Source: a virus (taxonomy: Duplodnaviria; Caudoviricetes). From it: 26,000 nucleotides of DNA. The stretch is taken from the IMG/VR virus record IMGVR_UViG_3300048079_000018, positions 1 to 26,000 of that record, one strand, 5' to 3'. The notes beneath the pieces were generated by a model. It was not told the origin of the DNA, ran no database searches, and was given only the letters and a program-made list of their open reading frames with translations. Positions 17,416 through 25,872 of this stretch are shown one piece after another. A program made the position numbers and the translations under genes. Each line of letters begins with the position of its first letter. Within the stretch, counting starts at the first letter, position 1.

Positions 17416-18251
17416 GCGGCCTCCGGAATGGGGCAGCCTGCAGCGTGACGCTGATAGGCGCGCTCCAGCTTGGTGTCATACAAATTGCGGGTGTAGTTGG
17501 GGCCGTTGTAAGCCTTGGCGAACGCCGCCCATTTTTTGCCCTTCAGCGCCTTGAGCAGCGCCGGGTCAGCTTCGATAAAACGCACGAAGGCTTCGAATTG
17601 CTCGTTCTCGTCTCGGGCCATCCGATCGGTAAAGTCCGAAACACTTTCGTATCCAAGGCGCTCGGCGTGATAGCCCATCACCTGGAACGCGCCCCAGCTG
17701 GCCGACTCCAGCGCGCAACGATCGTCAATCAGTCGGGCATTCGCCAGGCGCTGGTGCTCTGCCGTTCCGCCGGCGTAACCACCTGATTTCGGATTGACCA
17801 GGTTGGGTTGGACCACCGCCAGTTGGTCGGCGTGGGCCTTCAAATCGGCTACATCATCATCAGGTGCGCGCGGCGTGCTGAGCTGGCGATACATGATGTG
17901 TCGCTCGAAAAGAATCTTCGGCTTGCCGTTGTCCAGGAAGCCGCTGCCTTGGCTTTCGACTTCGTTGACGGCCATGATCGCGGCGAGCTCAACGCCCAGG
18001 CGTGCAGCCGCCTTTACCAACAGGGCTTGCTGCAGCAGGTTCGAACAATCGGCGCCGGCCAGCGCCAGAGCGGTTTTCGATCCCGCAATACCATCAATTA
18101 CCAACCCAACCTGAAGCTGGTAATTACGCACCGCGGACTCGGTGGCATCACCGAAATCGCCGTCCGGATCTAAGCCGGCACCGTGCAGGTTAAGGCGCTG
18201 CTGCAGTGTGCGGACCTCTTGCCCGCGATCGCCGTGGCGCAAAACACTCAT
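17412..18251 (-). CDS. Modular endolysin: PG-binding domain + N-acetylmuramidase (DUF3380-type)
   Basis: LRHGDRG..LQ..L..DGDFG..TE.AV..Q..GL..DGIAG N-domain; EVES.G.GF..KILFERH, ESASWGAFQVMG, FAKAYNGP catalytic domain. Confidence 0.93.
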   Translation of the reverse strand: MSVLRHGDRGQEVRTLQQRLNLHGAGLDPDGDFGDATESAVRNYQLQVGLVIDGIAGSKTALALAGADCSNLLQQALLVKAAARLGVELAAIMAVNEVESQGSGFLDNGKPKILFERHIMYRQLSTPRAPDDDVADLKAHADQLAVVQPNLVNPKSGGYAGGTAEHQRLANARLIDDRCALESASWGAFQVMGYHAERLGYESVSDFTDRMARDENEQFEAFVRFIEADPALLKALKGKKWAAFAKAYNGPNYTRNLYDTKLERAYQRHAAGCPIPEAA

Positions 18252-18562
18252 AGCTGATCCACCTTGCGGTTGAAGAATTGCTTGGCCAGTGCGCGGGTGC
18301 CCTCAACGCCGAGCAGTCCGATCACTCCACCGAAGAACGGGCCAGTGGTGGCCGGAATGCCCAGCAGAAAAAGTCCGTGGCTGGCCGAAAGCGCAAGGGC
18401 GCCGCACAGCGGAGCTTCAAGTAAAACCCGGCGCCAGGTGCCGCCGCCGTAGATGATCCGTAGCGCGGCGATTACACAGGCGAGGCCGCCTGAGTAGATC
18501 GCAGGCCAGTTCAGTTCGAGCCAGGCAGCGAACCAGGCCCATGTATCCGGTTTGTCAGGCAT
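18248..18562 (-). CDS. Holin, lambda family
   Basis: Start MPDKPDTW (ATG 18562). Three hydrophobic segments, LRIIYGGG..LEAPLCG..GGVIGLLGVE, basic C-terminus; directly before the endolysin. Confidence 0.88.
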   Translation of the reverse strand: MPDKPDTWAWFAAWLELNWPAIYSGGLACVIAALRIIYGGGTWRRVLLEAPLCGALALSASHGLFLLGIPATTGPFFGGVIGLLGVEGTRALAKQFFNRKVDQL

Positions 18563-18624
18563 GCGCGTGATTCCGCTGTCCAAGGTTGAAGGTGATGGTG
18601 TGTGTGCTTGCGATTTCGGATGAC

Positions 18625-18837
18625 TCAATCCCATAGGTTCACCATTTGCAGCTCCGGGGCTTGCGGCGCGATATCCGGCAGCGCCACAAGGGTGCCGTGC
18701 GGAATGATCGTGCCGAAATCTGACAACCCCGGGTTTGCCTCTAGGACTGCCTCGGTGATGCCGGCAGTGCGGCCGTAGACCCGCCAGCAAATGGCGTCGA
18801 CGGTGTCGCCCTGAGCGGCATACACGGAGGTCGTCAT
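18625..18837 (-). CDS. gpX: Tail protein X (LysM-like)
   Basis: AQGDTVDAICWRVYG..VLEANPGL..VNLWD. Confidence 0.95.
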   Translation of the reverse strand: MTTSVYAAQGDTVDAICWRVYGRTAGITEAVLEANPGLSDFGTIIPHGTLVALPDIAPQAPELQMVNLWD

Positions 18838-19301
18838 CAGATGAGCTCCACGGTGGAATGGCCGACACCCAATAAATCGCGAATGGCGAAGCGGGCGTCA
18901 CGACGGTATTCATCGACCGAAGGCGTCAGTTCGTCTGCGTTCTTGTTGCCGTCGACGCTGGTGTCGTAGCTGCGATATCGCTCAGCGAGCTCAGCTCCAA
19001 CGCCGCAATAGATCGAACGGCGGTAAAGGTGGATGAAGTGGCTTTCGCCATTGACTTCAAACGCCGGTACAGCCGCGATGGTGGTGTATCCGTTTTCCAC
19101 ATGATTCAGCTTCACCTTGGCCAGTTCGCCGTTCACCTGGATTAACGCGTTGACGGTCACGACTTCAATGCGTGCGTCAGTGATGCTGCCATCCAGGCGG
19201 ATGGCTTTTCGCAGGTGTACGACATCGATGTCAGGCCAGAACCCGTCATTGGTGATGACAAAGGGTTCATCGGTGCTACCGGTGGCAATAAATCCGCTCA
19301 T
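18837..19301 (-). CDS. gpL: Head completion protein L
   Basis: ITNDGFWPDI..ERYRSYD..RDARFAIRDLLG..TVELI. Confidence 0.93.
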   Translation of the reverse strand: MSGFIATGSTDEPFVITNDGFWPDIDVVHLRKAIRLDGSITDARIEVVTVNALIQVNGELAKVKLNHVENGYTTIAAVPAFEVNGESHFIHLYRRSIYCGVGAELAERYRSYDTSVDGNKNADELTPSVDEYRRDARFAIRDLLGVGHSTVELI

Positions 19302-19401
19302 GGTTCAGCCCTAAGTCGGCGGTGGCCGGGGCGTCACAGCGAGGAAAGGAGAGAAACCTGCTGTTCAGCCCCGGGCCGCCGGGGTTGCGGGGTACGCTCG
19401 G

Positions 19402-20106
19402 TCAGCTCCCTGGTGGGGGAGCAATCTTCTTCAGGAGGCGTTCTGCGCCTTCCAGATCCTTCTTGCCACCGCAGCTGTTGTTCAGCTCGATAGCGCGTTT
19501 CAGCAGTTCAATACCGGCCATTACCTGACCGGGTTGGCCCGGGTTATCGGCATTCAGACCGGCCACGGTGGCGCGTCCTGTCGCCAGGTACAGCTTGGCC
19601 CTGGCTTCGTCCGGCATGTCCTGTTCGGCGGTCAACTCCATCGTCCGGTGCAGGATGGCCAGGTCGAACCCGCCGCCAATTTTCTGAGCCGTCAGAGCGG
19701 CCTCGGCAATTTCCTCGGCGACCAGGCAGCCGGTGGTCCGTTCGAAGCGATCAGGCATCAACAGGTTGTGCTGCAACACATACGCTGCGATGTCGAGCGC
19801 GCCGCTGTAATCGGAGGCATCGATCCGCCAGATCATGATGGTGGTGAGTACTTCGTCCTGGGCGCCATTGCCCGTCGCCAGAACACCGTCAACGTAAGGC
19901 ACGTATGCCGGCAGCAGCTGCGGTTTGAGCAAATGCTTGGCTGAGGTGGACTGGATCTGTTTCAGGCGCAGACGATCCTGCAGCAGCTGGGCCAGCTGCA
20001 TTTCGTAGGCCGTCCCGCCCGCCATCGAAACGGCGGGCGAAGCGGCAGCAGCCTCCTGCGAGGCAAGCGCCTGCAGCCGGTGACGTTGAGCGAGGGAGAG
20101 GGCCAT
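19402..20106 (-). CDS. gpM: Terminase small/endonuclease subunit M
   Basis: LAQRH..DRLRLKQIQS..LLPAYVPYVDG..QDEVL..WRIDA..DMPDEARAKL..GGKKD. Confidence 0.93.
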   Translation of the reverse strand: MALSLAQRHRLQALASQEAAAASPAVSMAGGTAYEMQLAQLLQDRLRLKQIQSTSAKHLLKPQLLPAYVPYVDGVLATGNGAQDEVLTTIMIWRIDASDYSGALDIAAYVLQHNLLMPDRFERTTGCLVAEEIAEAALTAQKIGGGFDLAILHRTMELTAEQDMPDEARAKLYLATGRATVAGLNADNPGQPGQVMAGIELLKRAIELNNSCGGKKDLEGAERLLKKIAPPPGS

Positions 20107-20108
20107 TG

Positions 20109-21113
20109 TTACGCGGCCTCTTCGATGTTTTCGACCAGGGCGCCGAGGCCGAAGTCTTCGATCACGTAGTCCTCGTTCGACGATTGATAATCGGCGATGC
20201 GATCACGCTCCGGCTCGTCTTTGGTCATGCGACGACGGCTGCTGATCTGGAAGTAGATCGACAGGTTCTTCAGCGTGGTGATCATGATGCCGCCGTCGAT
20301 GAAGAACGGTGCGTCTTCGATCGGCAAGCCGCCTAAGGTGCCGTTAGCGATGATGCGCGCGGCAGCCAGCTCGTTCTCGTTGTCGGCGGCGCCTTCGATG
20401 TTGGCCAGGAACTTCGCGTGCAGCAGGTTGCGGTCGACCAGGACGACCAGGTCCGGACGCTTGCGGTGCCATGGGTCCAGCAGCTGGATGGCGTCGTAGA
20501 CCAGACCATCGAGGGTCTTGTAGTCGCCAGTGGGGCCGATGGTGACTTTGCCAGCCACCTTGCCGCTGCTCAGCACACGCTCTGGCGCTTTGGTCCGGTA
20601 CTTCTCCAGCCACCCCACGTTCACGTCTTCCAGCAGCGGGTGGGTGGTCCGGTCGGTCGTCTCCGCTGCGCTGGTGCCGTTGAAACCGATCATGATGCGG
20701 TCGAGCGCCTGGCGCTCAACAATCGAGCCGGACAGGCGAGCCTGGAAGTCTGGAAATTTCGCCCAGGCATCCAACAGCGCATAAGGGATTGCGGTGTCGA
20801 AGTCAGTCTTTTTGCAGCTGTAGGTGTCGTTCTTGAGCGAACTGACGCCGCGAGGGTTGCGGGCGGTCTGGTTGGTGTTAGTCCGGCCTGCAATGGTCGA
20901 GCCGACGCCCAGAATCACTGCCTCGCCGTCTTTCTCGTCGACGCCCAGCACGTTGATTTTTTTCAAGAAGGCGCTGGATTCCTGAATTGCGGTTTCCAGC
21001 TTCTGCTGAACAGAAGGAGTAACGGTGAATTTCTCCGCCACCGACCCGACGGCGTTGATCGCGGCAACCTGTTTGGTGAAGCCGTTGAAGGCAAGTCGTG
21101 TTTCGTTACGCAT
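20109..21113 (-). CDS. gpN: Major capsid protein N
   Basis: MRNETR..FTVTPSVQQKLE..ESSAFL..LDAWAKF..QALDRIMIGFNG..DVNVGWL. Confidence 0.96.
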   Translation of the reverse strand: MRNETRLAFNGFTKQVAAINAVGSVAEKFTVTPSVQQKLETAIQESSAFLKKINVLGVDEKDGEAVILGVGSTIAGRTNTNQTARNPRGVSSLKNDTYSCKKTDFDTAIPYALLDAWAKFPDFQARLSGSIVERQALDRIMIGFNGTSAAETTDRTTHPLLEDVNVGWLEKYRTKAPERVLSSGKVAGKVTIGPTGDYKTLDGLVYDAIQLLDPWHRKRPDLVVLVDRNLLHAKFLANIEGAADNENELAAARIIANGTLGGLPIEDAPFFIDGGIMITTLKNLSIYFQISSRRRMTKDEPERDRIADYQSSNEDYVIEDFGLGALVENIEEAA

Positions 21114-21149
21114 GGTGTTCTCCTGGGGAGCTTGTAAGAAGCGGCGTGA

Positions 21150-21980
21150 TCAGTAGGCAGTCAGCACTGCACCGTCGCCGCCAGGCATTGCTGGGCGGTT
21201 GGTCTGGCTGTGGTCTTGGGTTTCGCCCAGGCGCTTGATCAGTTCGTTGAAGTCAGTGCTGAGCTTGTCCAGGCTGTTTTTCAGGTCTGCGGAGAACTTT
21301 TTCTCAGCGGCCAACTGGTCGGGCAGATCCTTGACATGCTCGGCGACAGCTTCAACGGCCTGACTGATTTGGGCGAACTCGCCGTCATCCTTGGCCTGTT
21401 TGCCAGAGAGCAGGGCTTGCACCTTGCTGAAGAGTTGGGAGCCGAGACCGGGCTTTTCTTCGATTTCTTCGAAGGTGAGTTCGGTTTCCACGGCCTCGGT
21501 AAACATCGAACTTGCGGAGTAGTGGCGGTCTTTGAACGGACTCGCTTCAGGTTTTTGAGCTGAAAACGCGAGCACGTCGGTGCCGAGACTCGCCGGGGAA
21601 TCGGTCACAGCGAGACCGACGATGTAGGCCTCGCCCGTGTCGGCAAAGCTGTCGTCGATTTCGATGGACGTGTAAATCTTCTGTTTCGCCTTGTTCATGG
21701 CGATCAGATCTGCGGTCGGTTCAATCTGGGCAAAAAGGGCCAGCTTGGTCTGGCCATTGACCTCCACTTCCTCGGTCTTGACTGCTGTCACGTCGCCGTA
21801 GGCTTTGAATGGGCTGTCAGGCAACAAGCTGCGGAAATGCTCCAGCCAGATCCGGGCGCCGTAGGTGGTCGGGTTGAAGTTTTTGGCAGCCTGTTCCAGC
21901 CAGCTGCGTTTGATGGTGCGCTTGTCCGAGGTAGCGCCCTCAACGGCGACACGGAACCAGTTGCTGCGAAATTTCTTCAT
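21150..21980 (-). CDS. gpO: Capsid scaffolding/protease protein O
   Basis: SNWFRVAVEGATSDKR..YGARIWLEH..QKIYTSIE..GLAVTDSPASLGT. Confidence 0.95.
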   Translation of the reverse strand: MKKFRSNWFRVAVEGATSDKRTIKRSWLEQAAKNFNPTTYGARIWLEHFRSLLPDSPFKAYGDVTAVKTEEVEVNGQTKLALFAQIEPTADLIAMNKAKQKIYTSIEIDDSFADTGEAYIVGLAVTDSPASLGTDVLAFSAQKPEASPFKDRHYSASSMFTEAVETELTFEEIEEKPGLGSQLFSKVQALLSGKQAKDDGEFAQISQAVEAVAEHVKDLPDQLAAEKKFSADLKNSLDKLSTDFNELIKRLGETQDHSQTNRPAMPGGDGAVLTAY

Positions 21981-22069
21981 GTCGGGAAACCCTCAAAGCG
22001 ATGCTGCTGAATGCAGTTGCGTTGAGGTGCATCGTCGGCAGTAGCGTTGTTCCGAGCAATCAGCGCCAG

Positions 22070-22130
22070 TTGTAGGTCCGGGCGCTACATGGCACATCGC
22101 TACGCCTTCACGCGCGCGAGGCGTCAGCAT
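22070..22130. promoter_or_regulatory. Ogr-type dyad between divergent O and P (late promoters pO/pP)
   Basis: TTGTAG-N9-CTACAT (22070-22090), CGCGCGCGA at 22111-22119, CAGCAT 7 nt before the P ATG. Confidence 0.7.
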
Positions 22131-22137
22131 CGCCGCC

Positions 22138-23898
22138 ATGACGACAACCGACGCCACTCCCATCCGCGATAACCGCCGTCAGGCCAAGTTCCTCTACTGG
22201 ACCGGCCTGCGGATCTGTGCGATCGCCGAAATGCTGGATGAAAAGGAAAAGACCGTTCACGCGTGGAAAACGCGTGACGAATGGGATCGGGCCGATAACG
22301 TCGAGCGCATCGGTGGTGCGCTGGAAGCGCGCCTGGTGCAGTTGATCCTCAAGGATGGAAAGACCGGTGGTGATTTCAAGGAAATTGACCTACTGCACCG
22401 TCAGCTGGAACGTCAGGCCCGGATCGAGCGTTACAAGGCCGGCGGTACCGACACTGATCTAAACCCCAATCTGGCCAAACGCAACGAAGGTCCAAAGAAG
22501 AAATCGGCTCGCAACGAGTTCAGCGAAGAACACATCGAGCAGTTGACCGAGGCGTTCAAAGACGGCTGCTTTGGCTATCAGTTGGACTGGTACCGGGCGA
22601 GCAATCAGCGCACCAGGGCAATCCTGAAAAGCCGGCAGATCGGTGCCACCTACTACTTTGCCCGGGAAGCGTTCATTGATGCCCTGGTCACCGGACGCAA
22701 TCAGATATTCCTGTCAGCGTCGAAGAACCAGGCGCACATCTTCAAGGCTTACATTCAAGGCTTCGCCCGCGAGGTTTGCGGCGTTGAGCTCACCGGTGAC
22801 CCAATCATTCTGGCCAACGGCGCCGAGCTGCATTTCCTCGGTACCAACGCCCGAACCGCGCAGGGTTACCACGGTAATTTCTACTTCGACGAATTCTTCT
22901 GGACCTTCAAGTTCAACGAGTTGAACAAGGTCGCCAGTGGCATGGCGATGCAGAAACAATACCGACGCACTTACTTTTCCACGCCATCGAGCATGGCGCA
23001 TGAGGCCTACACGTTCTGGACCGGCGAGCGCTTCAACAAGGGCAAGCCTGTTGCGCAGCGGCTGAAACTCGACGTTTCGCACGATGCGCTGCAGCAGGGC
23101 AGGTTGTGCGAGGACCGGATCTGGCGACAGATCGTCACCATCCTGGATGCCGAGCAGCGCGGCTGTGATCTGTTCGACCTGGAAGAGCTGCGACTCGAGT
23201 ACAACGCGGACGCTTTCGCGAACCTGTTGATGTGCCAGTTTGTCGACGACGGGGCGAGCATCTTCCCGCTCAACGTCCTGCAACCCTGCATGGTCGACAG
23301 CTGGGTCGAGTGGTCCGAGGACTACAAACCTTTCGCCGCGCGGCCGTTTGCCGATCGGCAGGTGTGGATCGGCTACGACCCGGCGGAAACCGGTGACAGC
23401 TCCGGCCTGGTGGTCGTGGCACCGCCTTTAGTTCCGGGTGGGAAATTCCGCGTGCTCGAGCGCCATCAGTTCCGCGGGATGGACTTCGCGGCGCAGGCCG
23501 AGGCGATCCGCCTGGTCACGATGCGCTACTGGGTCACCTACATCGGCATCGACATCACTGGTATGGGCTCTGGCGTGGCCCAGCTGGTGCGCCAGTTTTT
23601 CCCCAACGTGACGACCTTCAGCTACTCCCCCGAGGTCAAGACGCGCCTGGTGCTCAAGGCTTACGACGTTATTCACAAAGGACGCCTGGAGTTCGATGCC
23701 GGCTGGATCGACATGGCCCAGTCGCTGATGGCGATCCGCAAAACCATCACGGCCAGCGGCCGGCAATTTACCTACACGGCAGGCCGTACCGACGAGACCG
23801 GGCACGCGGATCTCGCATGGGCGCTTTTCCACGCACTACATAACGAACCGCTTGAGGGGCAAACCTCAACGAATACCGGTTTCATGGAGATTTATTGA
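22138..23898 (+). CDS. gpP: Terminase large (ATPase) subunit P
   Basis: N-terminal HTH, ILKSRQIGAT, NQIFLSASK.QA, YFDEFFW, YFSTPS, VWIGYDP, HADLAWA. Confidence 0.96.
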   Translation: MTTTDATPIRDNRRQAKFLYWTGLRICAIAEMLDEKEKTVHAWKTRDEWDRADNVERIGGALEARLVQLILKDGKTGGDFKEIDLLHRQLERQARIERYKAGGTDTDLNPNLAKRNEGPKKKSARNEFSEEHIEQLTEAFKDGCFGYQLDWYRASNQRTRAILKSRQIGATYYFAREAFIDALVTGRNQIFLSASKNQAHIFKAYIQGFAREVCGVELTGDPIILANGAELHFLGTNARTAQGYHGNFYFDEFFWTFKFNELNKVASGMAMQKQYRRTYFSTPSSMAHEAYTFWTGERFNKGKPVAQRLKLDVSHDALQQGRLCEDRIWRQIVTILDAEQRGCDLFDLEELRLEYNADAFANLLMCQFVDDGASIFPLNVLQPCMVDSWVEWSEDYKPFAARPFADRQVWIGYDPAETGDSSGLVVVAPPLVPGGKFRVLERHQFRGMDFAAQAEAIRLVTMRYWVTYIGIDITGMGSGVAQLVRQFFPNVTTFSYSPEVKTRLVLKAYDVIHKGRLEFDAGWIDMAQSLMAIRKTITASGRQFTYTAGRTDETGHADLAWALFHALHNEPLEGQTSTNTGFMEIY

Positions 23899-24947
23899 TG
23901 AGCAATAGCCGCAGCGAAACCACGCAGGTGTCCACATCAGCCCAGGCTGCGATCGCGGACCAGGTTCTGCCGGCAACAGGCGGCAAGATGGAGGCCTTCA
24001 CCTTCGGCGATCCCACGCCAGTACTCGATGAACGGGGGATTCTCGATTACCTGGAGTGCTGGCTGAACGGTCGGTGGTATGAACCGCCGATGTCCCTTGA
24101 TGGGTTGGCCAAGTCCTCCCGGGCCAGCGTGTTTTTGCAATCGGGCCTGAATTTCAAACGCAACATGCTGGCCCGCACCTTTATTCCCCACAAGTTGTTG
24201 TCACGTCAGACCTTCGAGCAATTCGCCCTGGATTTTCTGTGGTGCGGCAACGGGTACCTGGAGAAACGCGAAAACATGCTGCGCAGCACGTTGGGCCTGC
24301 AGCCCGCCCTGGGCAAGTACATGCGGCGCGGTGCGGATCTCGAAACCTATTACCAGGTGCGCGGCTGGCGAGACGAGTACGAATTCAAGCGCGGGACCGT
24401 TTACCACCAGCGAGAGGCCGACATCAACCAGGAAATCTACGGCCTTCCGGAGTGGCTCCCGGCGCTGCAGAGCGCGCTGCTCAACGAGTCCGCGACCTTA
24501 TTCCGGCGCAAGTACTACAACAACGGCAGTCACGCCGGTTTCATCATGTACATGACCGATACCGCACAGAACGAGACGGACGTTTCCGCGTTGCGCAGCG
24601 CGCTGAAGTCCGCAAAGGGACCGGGCAATTTCAGGAACTTGTTCATGTACGCCCCGGGCGGCAAGAAGGATGGCATTCAGCTGATCCCCGTTAGTGAGGT
24701 GGCGGCGAAGGATGAATTTGGCTCGATCAAGAATATCAGCCGCGACGACATGCTCGCTGCGCTGCGGATCCCCCCTCAACTGATGGGCATCGTTCCTCAA
24801 AACGCTGGCGGCTTTGGCTCGATCAAGGAGGCGGCCCAGATTTGGGCGATGAACGAGCTGGAGCCGATTCAGGCTCGCCTGCAGCAGGTCAATGAGTGGT
24901 TGGGCGAGGAGGTCGTCCGTTTCAGGCCTTTTGACGTGCAGGCCTGA
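23898..24947 (+). CDS. gpQ: Portal protein Q (PBSX family)
   Basis: AFTFGDP..WYEPP..DINQEIYGLPEW..LLNESATLFRRKYY.NGSHAGFI..KGPGNFRNLF. Confidence 0.96.
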   Translation: MSNSRSETTQVSTSAQAAIADQVLPATGGKMEAFTFGDPTPVLDERGILDYLECWLNGRWYEPPMSLDGLAKSSRASVFLQSGLNFKRNMLARTFIPHKLLSRQTFEQFALDFLWCGNGYLEKRENMLRSTLGLQPALGKYMRRGADLETYYQVRGWRDEYEFKRGTVYHQREADINQEIYGLPEWLPALQSALLNESATLFRRKYYNNGSHAGFIMYMTDTAQNETDVSALRSALKSAKGPGNFRNLFMYAPGGKKDGIQLIPVSEVAAKDEFGSIKNISRDDMLAALRIPPQLMGIVPQNAGGFGSIKEAAQIWAMNELEPIQARLQQVNEWLGEEVVRFRPFDVQA

Positions 24948-25012
24948 ATCTGGGCCGGCTTTTTGACACCCACCACTTGCGTCACAGCTCGACCACAAAC
25001 CCCTGCAGCCCG

Positions 25013-25174
25013 ATGCCATTGGCAAAGCGGCCCACGGCGGTCAAAAACAAGGATCACTTGAACTTCAAGCCAGGCGCCGAATTCAAGCGCGAATACCAGA
25101 TGCTTGCGGCCGCGCATGGTTTGTCGATGGTGGAAATGCTCAAGGAGTCTTTCGACCTGCTCAAGCAAGCTTAG
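25013..25174 (+). pseudogene. Ribbon-helix-helix (ParG-like) protein or remnant
   Basis: HLNFKPGAEFKREYQMLAAAHGLSMVEMLKESFDLLK fits the RHH pattern (LNFK..EF.RE....A..G.SM.E.L...F). No clear SD and start uncertain; no parA partner upstream. Confidence 0.55.
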
Positions 25175-25208
25175 ATCGGCGGCAAATAACCCATCACCCG
25201 CAACACCC

Positions 25209-25236
25209 AGCCCCGTACCTGGCGGGGCTTTTCTTT
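25209..25236 (+). terminator. Intrinsic terminator (plus strand)
   Basis: AGCCCCG-TACCTGG-CGGGGCT-TTTCTTT. Confidence 0.7.
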
Positions 25237-25240
25237 GGGC

Positions 25241-25273
25241 AAAAAAAACCGCCTCAGCCGAAGCTAAAGCGGT
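25241..25273 (-). terminator. Intrinsic terminator (minus strand) after the 33-aa ORF
   Basis: Minus strand ACCGCTTTAGC-TTCG-GCTGAGGCGGT-TTTTTTT; cUUCGg loop and G-U pairs that form only on the minus strand. Confidence 0.85.
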
Positions 25274-25287
25274 CGATCTTGGCGACC

Positions 25288-25389
25288 TTATTTCAGGTCG
25301 TCGAAGCGGTCTCGCAGCAGTTCAAAGACGTGATGCACACGTACACAAACCACCACGAAATCCCACGCATGTTTTAAATGTTTCAACAT
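25288..25389 (-). CDS. 33-aa peptide, candidate type I toxin
   Basis: Not in the ORF track. MLKHLKHAWDFVVVCVRVHHVFELLRDRFDDLK*; GGAGG SD (25401-25397) 7 nt before the ATG; own terminator 14 nt after the stop. Confidence 0.7.
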   Translation of the reverse strand: MLKHLKHAWDFVVVCVRVHHVFELLRDRFDDLK

Positions 25390-25457
25390 GCTTGGCCCTC
25401 CCGTAGTTGGGCCAACCCTCCAGCGCGCTTATCCCGGAACACGCGCGCCTTTTGGAA

Positions 25458-25478
25458 ACACCAAGCGTTCCCTGTGAG
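25458..25478 (+). repeat. 21-bp direct repeat, copy 1 (antisense target in the peptide leader)
   Basis: ACACCAAGCGTTCCCTGTGAG, identical to 25874-25894. Confidence 0.95.
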
Positions 25479-25837
25479 GTGGCTAAGCCGATGGCCTCTC
25501 TACTTCATCCGGCACGGATTCCTAGGCCCGTGTTGAGAGGTCCAGATTCACGCGTCAGACGTCGCGAATCTGCCCCGATGTTAACGAATTTTTTTCACCC
25601 GTAGTGCGACGAAATGGCACTTTGAGCGGACGCGAGAGCAGGTTTTTCGGTGGAAGTGAGGCTTTACAGGGCTTTGGCTGCTATCGCGGGTGCAGATTTT
25701 TTTTTCATAAATTTTGGCGCTCGATTATTTTTGTTCAAAAAACAATCAAAAAGCCGCCAACCCTTGCCCGCCGCCGCCCTCGGCGCGCCGACGTCAACCT
25801 GACGGCGCGCTGACGTCACACCGCCAATCGTTAATTA

Positions 25838-25866
25838 TTGCCACTGCAAGTGCCACCTTGTAATCT
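25838..25866 (+). promoter_or_regulatory. sigma70 promoter of the sRNA
   Basis: TTGCCA (25838-25843), 17 bp, TAATCT (25861-25866); predicted +1 at ~25873. Confidence 0.7.
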
Positions 25867-25872
25867 CTTGCA

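Noticed and set aside
3446-18562. R-type tailocin rather than prophage
   Set aside because: Capsid, scaffold, terminase, portal and primase genes are all present.
18560-18571. Lambda S-type dual-start (holin/antiholin) motif
   Set aside because: The upstream in-frame codons are ATC ACG CGC; there is no second Met.
25104-25813. Plus-strand ORFs 25104-25406, 25407-25604 and 25604-25813
   Set aside because: TTG/GTG starts without SD; they cross terminators and the minus-strand structured leader and have no protein-like features.
25762-25818. GC-rich CCCGCCGCCGCCCTCGGCGCGCC tract as the cos site
   Set aside because: cos is expected downstream of Q, but this tract does not convincingly match the P2-type cohesive end; cos is probably beyond the window.
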